Shown here: one piece after another, positions 1 to 12,772 of the stretch | Position numbering within the stretch: the first letter of the stretch is position 1 | Layout: every line of letters begins with the position of its first letter | NCBI GenBank assembly: GCA_950097015.1 | Contig: CATNEN010000010.1 | Span: forward strand, 558,001-622,000 | Direction: 5' to 3' | Length of the DNA: 64,000 nt | Source of the DNA: Macrostomum hystrix | Lineage: Eukaryota > Animalia > Platyhelminthes | Program-made: the position numbers and the translations under genes | The notes under the pieces: generated by a model | The model's input: only the letters and a program-made list of their open reading frames with translations | Told to the model about the DNA's origin: nothing | Database searches by the model: none

Positions 1-3000
1 TCCGGGACCTGGACCGGGGTCTCGCACCGGGGCCTCCTCATGGCGGAGCCTCATTTGCTCATGCTCAGCTGCTGCTTGGGCAGTCGGCCGTGGTTTCTGC
101 TGGAAGAAAATTTGAAACAACAATATTTAGCCTAAGCTCAAGTCAACATTACTTGACATTAAAAGAACATTATTATGTGGAGAAAAAAAACTTCTGGTGC
201 ATATATGCTACAAAAACATTACTGCTATACGATAGATGCGGAGGGGGGTTTACATTGCTAGTCTAACATACTAGACATCAGGCAAGTAAAGTTAAACAAG
301 ACATACCCTAAAAAGAGTCAGTGGCAGAGTGGTTAACGCGTTTGCCTCTCACACTAAGGTCCCTGAGCTCGATTCCGCGGAGAGGCCACGGAGAGAAGGC
401 TTGGGGGCTTGTCGTGCAATATACGCCCTTGAGGGCCAACCTCCAAGGAACAGTGAGAGTGTACACTGCCTGACGATGAGAAAGACAGGGCAGATGTACG
501 CACCTGTGTGAGCGTATGCCTGCGTACGGTGTGCTGCGTGTGTGCTCAGGAGTCAGCAAAATGGGGCTGAATTGCCTCCTCGCTTGCAGCGGGTCTAGTG
601 TCACCAAATCATGTCACATTACCGGCAGCCCTCTTGCTATTATTATTATTACCGTCAAGGCCGAGCTGTTTTCAATCCGCATCGGCGCAGCAGAAGTCTC
701 GGATAAGGCTGGAGCCAAGAAGTCCCAGACAAGGACGGCCTCCCCAACTGACATCAGCCTGCCACCGTCAGCGCTGAACGCCAGAGCACAGACTCGGCCG
801 CTGTGACCTAGAAAGCTGGCAAATTGAACCTGGCCTGCGGTGCAGTTCTGAAACAGCTTCAATTGGCGCCCAACGCCGGCTACGCAGTACCGGCCGTCTG
901 GGCTTAGGCACAGGCAGTCGCAACGGCCCAGACCGGACAGCTGGGAGGCCAAGCGACCGGACCGGCGCTCCAAGCGTAGGAGTCGGCCGCCCTCAGTGAC
1001 CACCAGAAGGTGCCCGGCGCCGAACTGGAGGGCGCGAGCTGAGTCGGTGATGCCCGCGCCGGCAACCATGGTGACGTCGACTCGAATCAGTTCGGCAAGG
1101 GTGGCGCCCTCGGCAACGACAACGGCTGCTCCAGTAGGTCCGATGTACGCAATGAGCGAGCCACCCGCATCGGAAGAGTCTACTGCCAGCGGGCTGGGTC
1201 GATCATCTGAACCGCCGGCGCCCACGCGGGCGACAACGTCTGGCACGGAGCGCAGCAGAGCGCAGGCGGCAGAGGCGTCGTGGACGGCGAGGCCTCCGTC
1301 GGCTCCACAGGAGTAGAGCCGGAGGCCGCAGGAGGAGAAGGCCAGACCGCTGACAGCACCGGCGTGGCTTCGCCGCTCGCCTAGCATGGCCGCCGCAGCC
1401 AAGTCGAACAAGCGGACATGTCCGGAGCGAAAGCCGCAGGCGGCCAGGCCGTCGCGGGGATGCACAGCCACCCGGCAGGGCGGCTCGGCTAGGCCGAAGC
1501 TTTGGCACTGGTCCAGACGGTCAGAACTCCACAGTCGGAGGGATTGGTCCCCCGCCGACACCGTGGCAAGGGTTTCCCGGCCAAGGTGGGCGGACGCGAC
1601 CGGTCCAGGGCCGGGCGAGCGGACGAGGGTCTTGTAGGCGCGGCGGGCTACGTCCAGGACGCCCAGACAGCCGGCGGAGGTGGCGGCCAACGCGCTGGCG
1701 CCGTCGCGGCTCAAAGCGGCAGCTACAACTGGACTTTCGTGTTCAGCCTCGAGCAGCACCTGATACAGATCAAATACCAGATTTTGATTAGAGGCTAGTT
1801 GGAAGAGGGGACAGCTAGGGTGGACAGAAGACAGTCTGGGTGGAAAGAAGACAGTCTAGGTGGAAAGAAGACAGTCTGGGTGGACAGAAGACAGTCTGGG
1901 TGGACAGAAGACAGTCGGGTGGAATGTGAAAGCCGAATGCTTCAATAAGTCCAGTTCTGACCTGCGAAAAATCCAGCGGCCAAACGCGCAGGTAGCCATC
2001 AGTGGACCCAGTAACGCAAAAAGACTCGTTCGCCGCAACAGCTAAGACTTCGATGCCGGCAGGGCGGGCGCGGCCTCGCCAGGCAGCCTTGTCGGAAGGC
2101 AGCAGACGGCGGGCTCGCCGCACGGCAAGATCGGCTGCTCCGAGCTCCAGCACGTGGCCGGAGCGCGCGCAGGCCAACACAATGGGATCGGCATCCGCTG
2201 GGCCGGGCAGCGGGCAGACGGCGGTGAAGTCTAGGGCGGCGTACTCGCCCAGAGCGGCCGGCGCAGAGCGGAGCAGCGCGGATGTTCCGGCGCCGGCACC
2301 CTTGACGCGCCAGAAGCGGACTGCGCCGCGGCCGCAGGTGACAACGCGAGCCTCGTCTAAAAAGTGCAGCGCCGCGGGGGTCTGGTCGCATGCAGACTTG
2401 GCCAGAAGGCGAACCACGGGACCATCGGTCTAAGGTGGATGGAGTTGAGGTACAGATTCTTACTACTTACAGTCATCTCTTATTGTCAACTGTGGGATCA
2501 TTGTCAACTGGGGGATCATTGTCAACTGGGGGATCATTGTCAACTGGGGGATCATTGTCAACTGGGGGATCATTTTCAACTGGGGGATCATTGTCAATGG
2601 GGAGTCATCATCAACTGGGGGATCATTGTCAATGGGGAGTCATCATCAACTGGGGGATCATTGTCAACTGGGTGATCATCATCAATTGGGGGATCATTGT
2701 CAACTGTGGAAACATTGTCGACTGGTGGATCATTGTGAACTGGGGGATCATTGTAGCTTTAAAAAGCTGTAAATTCAGCTGCTAAAAAGTATATACTAGT
2801 ATATACTTGCCCCCGAAGGGGGGCAAAACTTGCTAGTCTCTTATCCTATATGTAAGAGCTAGGCAAGCAAACCAGACCATTATCAAATGCATCGTCACCT
2901 GATTAGAGCAACAGTCAACACTAAAGGACTTAAGAGACTATTCACCTGCCAGACGGTCACCACCGAACGACCGTGCGTATCCCGTCCGGCACCTGCTAGC

Positions 3001-4214
3001 CGAAGGCCACCAGGCGAGAAGGCCAAATGCCCGGCGCCCTGCTGGAAGGCCGGACAATGGGCCAGGCAGCGCTGGCTGGCAAAGTCCCACAGGCGCAGCA
3101 GCCCCCGCTGGCCGCTAGCCATCCGGCCGCAGCTGGAGTCCACAGCCACGCAGCCGACCGAATCCGTGTGGCCAGCGAAGAACCTCTGCTGGCCGGTAGA
3201 CAGACACTGGGCCACCACCAGAGCGTGGCAGGCGAACACCAGCTCGTCCTGGGTCCAGCAGGCACTGTGCGGCTGGGTGCAGCCGAGGACGCGCGACAGG
3301 CGAAGCTCCGCCGAAGCTGTCGGTGGCGCAGAATTCGACGATAAATTTCTGGATGCTGCTGACGGCAAATGAGGCTGATGAGCTGGCGGGGGTGGCGGGG
3401 GCGGTGGAGGGGGTGGCGGAGCAGTCGGCAGCGCCGCAGGCAGCTGTGTGTGATTCGCAGCTGGGTCAGATTCGGCAGCTTCAAGCCGCTGCTCGGGCAG
3501 CTGAACAAAATCGTAGCGATCCTCAAAGCGCTCGCCGCGACCCATAAAGAAGGCCATGGGGCGCGGCAGGGCCTCCTGGGAGGTGGGCGGCGCGCTTGGC
3601 AGGTAGCGCCGGTTGGCGGCGAAGACCGCGCGGGCGCTCATGCAGGCGCAGAGACGGACGGCGCGGAGGCAGCCGAGCCGGGCGCCGCCGGCGAAGACGC
3701 GCATCGCCCAGTCCAGGTCCAGCCGCAGGACGGTCCATCGGGCCCGCTCTGGGCAGGGGGCGCCGGCGTCGGCTTGCTCGGCCGGTGCTGTGACCAGGCG
3801 GCCGCGGCCGTCGGAGTCAAAGGCGTAGGGGAGGCGAATGGCGGCGGCACCGCCGGCGGGCCGCTTGTAGAGGCTGCTGACGCTGAGCCGCACCGGGGCG
3901 CCGGTGTCGGCCGCGGCCAGGTCCACGTGCAGTACAAAGTGCCGACCAGGACTGGGGCGGAACTGCACGTAGAGATAGCGACAACACAACTGCAGGCAGC
4001 GGCCCGCAGACTTTGGCAGTTGAATGTAGTTGGAGGCGGGCACGGCGCCCTGGATGCTGAAGGCGGTGGACTTGATGGTCTGGTCCATGTAGGACGCCAC
4101 AACGCCCTGGTATTCGCATTTGGTCCATTGCCCGGCACCAAGCTCCTTGAACAGGTTCAGGTAGGGATGGGGCAGCTGCTCCAGCTGCTTCACCAGTGCT
4201 CCTCGAGGCGTCGA
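1..4214 (-). CDS. WDR90: WD repeat protein 90 (CFAP20/DUF667-like N-terminal domain + WD40 repeats), 3' part outside window
   Basis: Exons 4214-2946, 2429-1962, 1759-653, 99-<1, all GT-AG and phase 0. N-terminus (HPYLNLF...NYIQLPKS...RYLYVQFRP..GRHFVLHVD) matches the recalled WDR90 N-terminal domain, followed by WD40 repeats (FAGHTDSV, FLGHSGRV..VWDF). No in-frame ATG at the first acceptor; the 653 donor and the 99 exon are less certain. Confidence 0.88.
315..650 (+). mobile_element. tRNA-derived SINE, copy 1 (WDR90 intron)
   Basis: Pol III A box (TGGCAGAGTGG) and B box (GCTCGATTCC), ~340 bp body similar to copies at 45130, 53095 and 53502, (TAT)n tail. Confidence 0.85.
1818..1922. repeat. 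20-bp minisatellite, ~5 copies, WDR90 intron
   Basis: Unit GGTGGACAGAAGACAGTCTG read directly. Confidence 0.9.
2484..2755. repeat. 19-bp minisatellite, ~14 copies, WDR90 intron
   Basis: Unit GGGGGATCATTGTCAACTG read directly. Confidence 0.92.
2808..2836 (+). mobile_element. Helitron-type 3' terminus (GC hairpin + CTAG|T)
   Basis: GCCCCC-GAA-GGGGGGC hairpin, then AAAACTTG, then CTAG followed by T. Confidence 0.5.
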
Positions 4215-6859
4215 CTGGAAATGACAGGTGCAAGAACTTTCACAGTAGAGGTCTTGTAGACCATACTAAGACTGTAACCCTTAAATATTTTTGTAGCAAA
4301 CCTTTTGAAATGGAAATGGAAGTATTCTGACAAAATCTGACTAGCCCATTCTGTAAATGTTAACATAACTATTGTTGATTGATGCTTTGGTGTCTGTGCC
4401 ACATTAGCAATGCTATGATGATTAATATAACTTTTTATGGCCTACTAACACTAACACTAACACACATAGACTATATAATACAATACATGTTTATCAGACT
4501 TAATTATTTTACCCTATAAAGTAGTACAAAAAGAAACTGCCAAATTGATTACAAAGGCATTCTTAGAGCTGGCATTTACATGTACAATGTAGTGGCCTAT
4601 TCTAACAAGCTGCTGTGCAGATTAGGTGGATATTATTGGTGGGGATCTGAGCGGATAAAGTTGTTACTATTTGCATGGAAAGTGCCAATAAGCATTGTCA
4701 AAAAATAAGATACCAAAGAATATTGTCTTGGTCCCACTGTATTTCATTGAGGTCCTGTCCCATTGTGGTCTAACTGTCTAATTGTGGTCTATTGGCACAG
4801 TCTGTTTCAGTGTCTACACAGATCCCCTAAAAGTAATAACTATTAAAACATTTATTTTGATTTAATCCTACTTTGAGATGAATAGCACCATTTTTGGATT
4901 TCTTAATTCTGATTTTGGGGACACCTAATTTAATTTACTGGAGAAATAAGCAATAATCTAAGAACAGGACCAGATTAAGAAAAGAAACTGCCTCCTACAA
5001 ATTATATGCTAAAATCGTACTAGCTAAGCTAAGTTTAATAAGAAAAGTAACAACTTGGGACAAAAATGGTGAATAGTGGAATTAATTATAGAGATGTTTA
5101 GACATAATTGAGGCCCGCCCAAGAAATATTTTACCATAAGATACAGAAGTTAAATTTACGCCAAAATATCAAACATTATTTTGCGTACATTTTATTTGTT
5201 TAAATGCGCTTGTCAACCCCCGCTCAACTACTATATATATCGTGGAATTTTGCCATAGAGAGTTCAACGTTGGTTGTCCTAAATATAAAGTGTGGAGTTA
5301 GGAAGAAGTATAAGTTATCACCCACTTTTTATATTTTTTTTGGCCGGGAACGGCTGAGGACTTGTTTATTGGCCGAGGCAAAGCCGAAGACATTTTCGGC
5401 CATAGATAAGTCAAACAAGTGGGTGATAATGTATTTATTCCACAGTTGAAGCCAGATAATTGTCACCGGACCAGATAAATGTTTATCTGTTGCGGCCAGA
5501 TATATTTCAATGGCCAAATAAATAAATTTATCTGGTCTATGGGCCAATCCAACTGGGGAATAAATAGATCTGCAGAATAGTGAACTTAGTGAAATAAATT
5601 GAGGTTGTTCTTGTGTTGGTTACTGATTTAGAATAAAATAGTAATGCGTTCTGAATAGGAAAGGTTAACAATAAAAATAATATTTGTGTTGAATTAGACA
5701 AATTTAATCCATTGGATGCTCAATAGGATTGGTTAAAAATCAGTACATTTAGGGAATTATTATAAGGTGTCTTGCCGCTCGGAGACAAAATCGCTATCAT
5801 AGGTAGACAATATCGTTCTGAGTTAGATTGCTATATAGAGTAACCACATTACATAGTGAATGCAGAGATAAATAAATAGTATAAGAATAGCTAAATTTAT
5901 AATATATTGCAGTTTTTGCAGATAGGAAATAAAAAGTAAAGAGAGAGGGCCTACGACATAATTATAGTAATAGTTAGCCGGGTTAAAGTTGCATCCGACT
6001 TTGTTTGGGAATTTTCCATGAAGCATACCGATTCGAAAAGCAAGAAACCGTTACGGTGTTACCGTGTTTCGATTATCATTAACTTACGTTTATGATCGCA
6101 TTTTTTCCGAGCTATACAACTCTACCAGGGAATTGGAAATATATGACAAAATCAAGTATAGCGTCCACTCTATACTCTACACTCTATGTAAATGTGCTTA
6201 TACCTATCCGACGGCGGTTCCGTAAAATGTTTCAGATGACGAAGTCATGCCACAACCTCTGCATACCTTCAACTGTTTTATCTAACAGCGCACTTCATTA
6301 ATGTAATATAAAATCAATATTTTTATTGATTTCTTGATCCCATTGCTTTAACGAAGAGCAGGTGAATATAATAGTGTGAGCATATTTTGTTATTGGTCAG
6401 TATAGCGTGTGATTGCTCTACCCACTGTAACCTTGGATTCCGTGTTTCGAATATGTTGAACTGAGGGTGCTTTGAGATGAATTAAAGCTATATAGTGCAC
6501 ACGGCTTGGCCCTTGCTGACTCCCTCAGTATTATCAAGCCAGTCAGCATATGGCCATGGGAAAATCGAAGCTAAATTCTGAAATCAGCTCCTAAATCATA
6601 ACTAATTAGTTCTTCATAACTGGGGAAGGATTTTCGCTTAAAGAGGGTTCTGCAGACCTGGTTTATTTTTGCGTTTGATTAGTGATTGGCAGCTTTTCAA
6701 TCGAATGGAATGTGAGATGGAGCGCGATCAGCTTTGAGTATTGGGATAGAAGGCAGTTGAACAAACGGGAAATTGAGCCGAAAAGAACAATGGCTCAGAG
6801 TGGGTGAATGCTGAGACAGATATAGTTCAGGCAGAACAGGCAAGGACGATGCCGAAGCG

Positions 6860-8331
6860 TCAGAGCAGCCGCAGCCGCGCATAGGCCGTGTCCTCCTGGT
6901 CAGGCGCCCTGAACAGGCTAGCCCGGCAGCCCGAGCTCAGCCAAGCGCTGCCGATCTTCTCCGGGCTCATCAACGCCAGCTCCACCAGCTCTGAGTCTGT
7001 CAGCTGCAGCCGCAGTTCAACGTTCTCTAGTTGCTCCAGCTCCGACAGAAACTCCAGTGCTTCAGCACTGCTTCTGCGTATTTTCTCCGTCCTCTCGTTG
7101 CTGACATTGCTGTCATAGCAACCAATTGTGTTGTTATGTGAACTGCCGCCTGGCTGCTGTTGCATCTGCGATTGTTGATTCAGCCTCTGATCCAGCTCGA
7201 ATTGTTCGATTTGACCGCGACGCTGCATCTCCTCACAGACTTCGCGCACGTGGCACATCCATTCGCGCTGTAGGCGCAGGTGGAGGCGCCTCTCATGACG
7301 TGCTCGTGCTTTACGCCATTGCAAAAGCGCCATGAGGCAGATGGCAGACAGGAGAGATGCGTAGTTCAGGATCAAACTACTCACGGTCTGCAGTGACATT
7401 TTAGTTATTAACCTAAGCATAATGAATAGTTGGGAGAGCAACATCGACATTTGTAACTATCGAAGCCCAACTGACCTGCGCCATGCCCCATATGAGCATC
7501 TCCGGCACGGAGTGGCACAGTCTTGGCTGCGCAATCACGGTGCAGAAGAACAAGCACAGGGCCAGCATCAACCCCAGCATAAGCGAGCAAAACACTCCTC
7601 CTGTGTCCGTCGGGCTCAGACTGTTAAAAACGCCATGCCACACACTGGGACCGCTGGTTAGGGACGCATCGTCACCTCCCTCCAGAGCGGCGGCTTCAGC
7701 AGCCCGGCTGACGATATGGCTGCTGACAGCTTCATGGCTGCGTAGCATCGTGCGCAGCGCCTTCAGCCGCAGTCTGGAATGGATATGGAATGGGATATGG
7801 TTTAGCGGCTGAAGGAGAGTGATATCTACTAGGCTCTCGATCCTTCTGAACTCATCCGGAGCCTCATCCAGAGTATTCAATCAAATAAGACAGACCACAC
7901 ATGTCTTACCTTCCGTTGCTCTCATTGCTAGTTTTCCGATGCCGTGCAGTCTGCCTGGTATTGCTGACATTGCTTTTTCTGCCTTTGCTGCCAGCATTGT
8001 TGGAATTGCCTGGTTGTCTCCTCTGGCCGTGTAAACCCTGGCGTGTGAGCCAGAACCTCCTCGATAGTCGGCGATGGAGTCGGCGCAGCGACGATATCGC
8101 AGTCCTCATGAAGTTGGTTCTGACTCTCCTATGGTTCCTATTGGTTCCTATGCTGCTTCCGGTACTGTCACCCTCCATGCTGCTGCTTCTGCTGCTTCCT
8201 CTGTCCTCATTAACAGAACTGCAGTTGTCATCGCTAGCAACGGTATTCGACTCGTTCATTCTTTCTCGCGGTGACAGTAGCAAGGCATCAGAGGCACTTC
8301 GAGCGATTGGTTCGTCTATTGTTTGCGACAT
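6860..8331 (-). CDS. Uncharacterised membrane protein, ~439 aa, 3 exons
   Basis: Exons 8331-7910, 7845-7476, 7387-6860 join in frame through GT-AG introns (1320 nt). Ser/Arg-rich N-terminus, two hydrophobic segments (GGVFCSLMLGLMLALCLFFCTVIA; LILNYASLLSAICLMALL), Q/E-rich C-terminus. Family not recognised; the 7845 acceptor is inferred from phase. Confidence 0.6.
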
Positions 8332-9476
8332 GTGGGCTCAGATCAGCTTAGTAAAATGTATCAGATGCGATATCAGAACCTAATCCTATTCTATTTAGAT
8401 CTGAACACAGTTATACTCAACAAATTTGCGCTATTTATCACGTTTTCTAGATCTTTATTTTATATTTTAAGTACTTTTCACGATAAAATGACGTCTATGG
8501 TCTCACAAAACTTTTCAGGAGTTTTACGCTTGTGCAATGAAAAGCACAAATTTTTTCAAGTGCTTTGAGGCTATACATCTACACCGAAAAATAAAAACGT
8601 CCATAAGAATGTTATTACATTATATATATTCATCCCATGGTTTATGTAGCACTTTATTTATTACTGTAATAGTCTTTGTGTAGATTAAAATTATGGCTAG
8701 AGACTCGCAAAAGCTATATTGAGCTCTTGCGCACACGCGAAACAGACATGAGGGGCAGTTGGCTGTTGTCACAGCTGAGACACAGCGCCTGCTAGTCAAG
8801 CATGACAAAGCAGTCAGTCAGCGTCACAGTTCGCCCTTGGCCTCGGCGCTTCCGCTACGTAGGCTGTTGCAGGAGGACCAGGGCCAAAGGAACTTGGTCG
8901 CGCGGCCATGACTTTGCACACTGCAGGCAGTGCCGAGGCAGCATTCGGCGATGTACGTGCGATACAAATTGTTAATACATTTATAGTTGTCTGACTTAGG
9001 AATCCTGAACTGAATTATACGCTTGCAAATAGGATACAGGTGCAAAAAAAACTTTTTTCGGCATCGCGCCAGAATTTAGGAGCTCGGTGCGGTAGTCTGA
9101 ATCCTTCGTCGTCTCGGCGCCGCTGTGAAAGCGGGCAACACACGCACCTGTATTCACGCTGCGTAATCGCGCTCCTTAGTGGGCAGGCTGCTATATACTT
9201 TTATTATATAACATAGCTGTCGATTTTGAATCTCACGCCAGTCTCACATTGCTATTTATTAGTTAAATTAATGGTTTAATTGAAGTTCATTGAAGTTTTA
9301 AGTATATTTAAGTTTGAGAATTCCTGGAAAAAGTTAGAATTATTCCAAGTTACGTAAAAATATATATGGCACGATTATAATTGAGGAAAATATGTATAGT
9401 TTTTAAACGGTTATATTCAGGTTATGCAGCATTTCCGATTTTTGTGCAAATTTGTGCAGACTTTTCTTTAATGTGG

Positions 9477-9934
9477 TGTGACGTTGTCTCTCTAATTTAA
9501 TGTAATTTTAATATGCTACTTCTAATTAAGTGCATTATTTTCGTTAGCTATAATTGTTAGAGATATTTCTTTGGTTTTACATTAATATTTATAATGGTTT
9601 TGTTTTAGTGTACTACATAGTCGTAGTTCGTATTCAAATGTGCTAATTAGGCCTTTCCAGGAAGGCTCCCAACCCACACCCCCCGTGCCTGGTTCTGGTT
9701 CTACGACTGAGTGCTGGCTATTATTTAAGTGTGGCTAATTTCAACTGTAGCCGTAACTACTTTCAAGTGAATCTTGATTCATCTAACATATCTCTAAGTC
9801 ATATAGCCAGCATTCACCGTTAAGCGATCTCGTTATTTGAAGACCCAATTTACTGCCGAATAATAATTTACCTTACTGCTATTCAAATAGACCGAACCGC
9901 TACGCCTATACATTGGGACCGAAACTTCGTCATA
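9477..9934 (+). repeat. 5' LTR
   Basis: TGTGACG...CGTCATA; only one substitution seen by eye against 20546-21003 (gctacttc vs gctatttc). Confidence 0.97.
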
Positions 9935-9940
9935 TAAATT

Positions 9941-9954
9941 TGGAGGACCCACCG
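9941..9954 (+). promoter_or_regulatory. Primer-binding site
   Basis: TGGAGGACCCACCG 6 nt after the 5' LTR; TGG complements the tRNA CCA end. Cognate tRNA not assigned. Confidence 0.75.
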
Positions 9955-11037
9955 TCAATGACAATTCGAACTCGGTCATCGATCATCGTCATTCGTCAAA
10001 AAGCTAGCTCATGCTCATCATTAATTTGATCCCAAGTACCGTCTACTAAAGTCCAACAGTGATACAGTGATTCGGTTCACGGCACAGACTAGGCCTATTC
10101 AGTTCACGTGCACTATCGGTTCACGGCACAGCCTACCTACTACACAGTCGATCGAGAAAGTAAACAACAACTAACCTTATCAGCTTAAGCGTATCGGCAG
10201 TGTTTCTTCGCAGAGTGAGTCAGACGCTAAGCTTAAAGGAGGGTCAGACAACCAGCCAACCTCTGTGCTCTGCGCCTGTGTCCAATCACGTGACCACTAA
10301 ACACACCTGGTTAGGAGTATCAACTCTTAATTGCAAGCGCAACAACCCCAAAGCTTTAGCCCGCCGAGCGCCACCCCTCTCGTCTGTTGAACTGCGCCTA
10401 GCCATTGCAATCGATTGCCTAAGGGTTCTCTCGGCCTGCGCCCCGCTTGATTTTTGTGGACTAGGCGAGCCAGGCTAGCACTGCAAAGCATTTCCGCCGG
10501 GTCGTCACTTACAACATCAGCAATAGCAGTCAATTAGCCAAACGCCGGCAGCAGCGGCCCTACGCCAGCTGTTCACGACAACAGCTACTACGGCAGCCGG
10601 TGCCAGTCTGCAGTTGCAACAGCGGCCAACAACAATCGGTTAGCATCAGAGCATCGCCTCGCGGGTTGAACGGGCCTGCGACTGAAGGGCACCTGCCATC
10701 TGCGAACAAGCCAAAGCCAAGCTGAACCGAACCGAACCGAGCCGAGCGGTGTGCAGCAAGCCTGGTCGAGCCGAACCTTGCCGATTGCCGTGGCGAACTG
10801 AGCAGTGTGCCGAAGACAACGGCGGCCGAGATTCGGAACTGGTGGTTGCAGCTAAGGCTGAGTTCAATTATTTATTATTTTTATATTAGGATCTATTGTG
10901 GCAGTAACTTTAGACTTAGGACCACCATTAGTACTAGACTTGTTGCTCAATAATTTGTAAACTGCCACATTCTTTCTTGTGTAGGCCTAGCTCGTTCTTC
11001 GCTCCTCTTTTTCTAGTTGTGTGTCTGAGTTCTAGTC

Positions 11038-11511
11038 ATGTCAGGCGTAAATTCAGATACCGACCAAGTCAACCAGTCAGGGGCAGCATCGTCAGGCCAG
11101 GGACCAGAGGAGAGCATCGGTCATGGGCCTGGGACAGCAGGAGGTGCTGAGGTGGAGATGGAGGGAGGTGAGCAGCCGGAGCGCGAGACCTCCTTAGGTG
11201 ACCTCGCCAGAACCCTAGCCCAAATCCGTGACAACACCAGCACCAGTTCTAGAATACCGAAATCGAGCCCTCGGCTCAGACCCCCAGTGGCCTACACACC
11301 CAAAACCAAATTTGATATCTGGTGGACGCAATTCCGCCTGTTTCTTGAAGCCAATGAGATCATGCCTGAGCATCGGACAGCAGTGTTGCTTTCATCCCTG
11401 TCACCCGAGTGCCAAGAGTTCTTTTACAACTATCGTCTGCACGAGAAAAGCTTTGATGAAGCAGTGAAGAGTTTAAGAAGCCGGTATGGCGAGCCAACCC
11501 ACGTAGATAAA
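11038..11511 (+). CDS. Gag N-terminal 158 codons (cut by Helitron)
   Basis: ATG 11038; capsid-like PPVAYTPKTKFDIWWTQFRLFLEAN; ends GAT AAA at the Helitron junction and resumes in frame at 14118. Confidence 0.9.
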
Positions 11512-12070
11512 TCTATATATATAAAAGTGAAAACTCTGTCTGTCTGTCTGTCTGTCTGTGTGCAACCTTTTGTCTTTATAGACGCCGAAACCGCTCAACC
11601 AAATCGCACCAAACTTTGCACATACCTAAAACCACCTACGCTGAGTGCAATAGGCTACTCAAATTCCCGAAAAATCATTTCCTTCCTGCTCAAAAGTGCA
11701 AATAACTGCTCAAAAATCGTCAAAAAATCACTCAATTCGACATATCGTCGCCCCACTTTGTCAGATTTTCTCCAAATTTGATCCACTTACACTTTACATG
11801 TTTTCCAACAATGCTGTCAATTTTGAACATCTCTACTCAATCCAGAGCAAAGCTGCATCATCTCAAAGTGAGTCACTTTTTGTTTTCCGAGGACAGCCAC
11901 CCCAACTCCCCTCCGCCACTCTGCGGGCCAATTTTATTACAGCCACCCCCTCCCTTCCCCGGGCGCCGAAGCCCCAGACTGTACATTGTATTTCAAGCCG
12001 TGAATGTACACAGCCCAAACCCCTAGACTGTCTACTGGCCCCCAAGCAGCACTGAGACTGAGTGCGGTGA

Positions 12071-12772
12071 GTGCGGTGGCGTCCCAGTGCGCAGGGCTCT
12101 CCGGTCGATATTTCTCTCCAGCCAGCCTGGGATAGAAGAAAGAGAGAGGCTGGCGTTGACTGGCTGTCAGAGAGGGCAATTCTGCGTCCTAGAAATGATG
12201 CCGCCAACGAAATTAACTACCAACTGCTTCAGGAGTTGCCAGGTGCAGTTTTCACCTACAAGTCAATTGATACAACGTTGACTGATGACACCGCTGTGGA
12301 GTATCCTGTTGAGTTTCTGAACTCTCTAGATCCTCCTGGAACTCCATCGCACAACTTGCAGCTGAAAGTTGGGGCACCAATTATGCTCCTCCGCAACCTG
12401 AATGCGCCAAGGCTGTGTAACGGCACCAGACTGATAGTCAGGCGGCTCTTCCCACACGTGATTGAGGCCACGATAATGACTGGATCTGGCAGAGGAGAGT
12501 CTGTGTTCGTTCCCCGGATTCCAATTATCCCCACGGACCTGCCATTTCAGTTCAAGCGACTGCAGTTCCCTGTGAGAGTGTGCTTTGCGATGACTATTAA
12601 CAAGGCTCAGGGACAGTCGCTGAAGGTGGCTGGCATCAACCTGGAGACTCCTTGCTTCTCGCATGGGCAGCTTTATGTCGCCTGCTCCCGTGTTGGAACT
12701 CCAGCTGGCCTATTCATTTTCGCACCAAGGGGAAGAACGAAGAATGTGGTGTATCCCCAGGCCTTGAGGTGA
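12071..12772 (+). pseudogene. Helitron PIF1-like helicase, C-terminal fragment
   Basis: Motifs AILRPRN, LKVGAPIMLLRNL, RLCNGTRL, KRLQFPVRVCFAMTINKAQGQS, FSHGQLYVACSRV, TKNVVY; Rep domain and N-terminal helicase motifs absent. Confidence 0.93.

Noticed and set aside
315-390. tRNA genes at the SINE heads (also 53390-53458, 53790-53862)
   Set aside because: A and B boxes are present but there is no closing acceptor stem; the sequence continues into the shared SINE body.
468-492. Hammerhead ribozyme (CTGACGA...GAAA) in the SINE
   Set aside because: Only 3 nt separate CTGACGA and GAAA, so there is no stem II, and the motif is locked in a CCTGAC/GTCAGG-type hairpin.
5300-5570. Overlapping short inverted repeats as a MITE
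   Set aside because: Several 12-17 bp imperfect pairs but no consistent termini or TSD.
12071-12772. Host PIF1 helicase gene
   Set aside because: C-terminal fragment only, bounded by Helitron termini.
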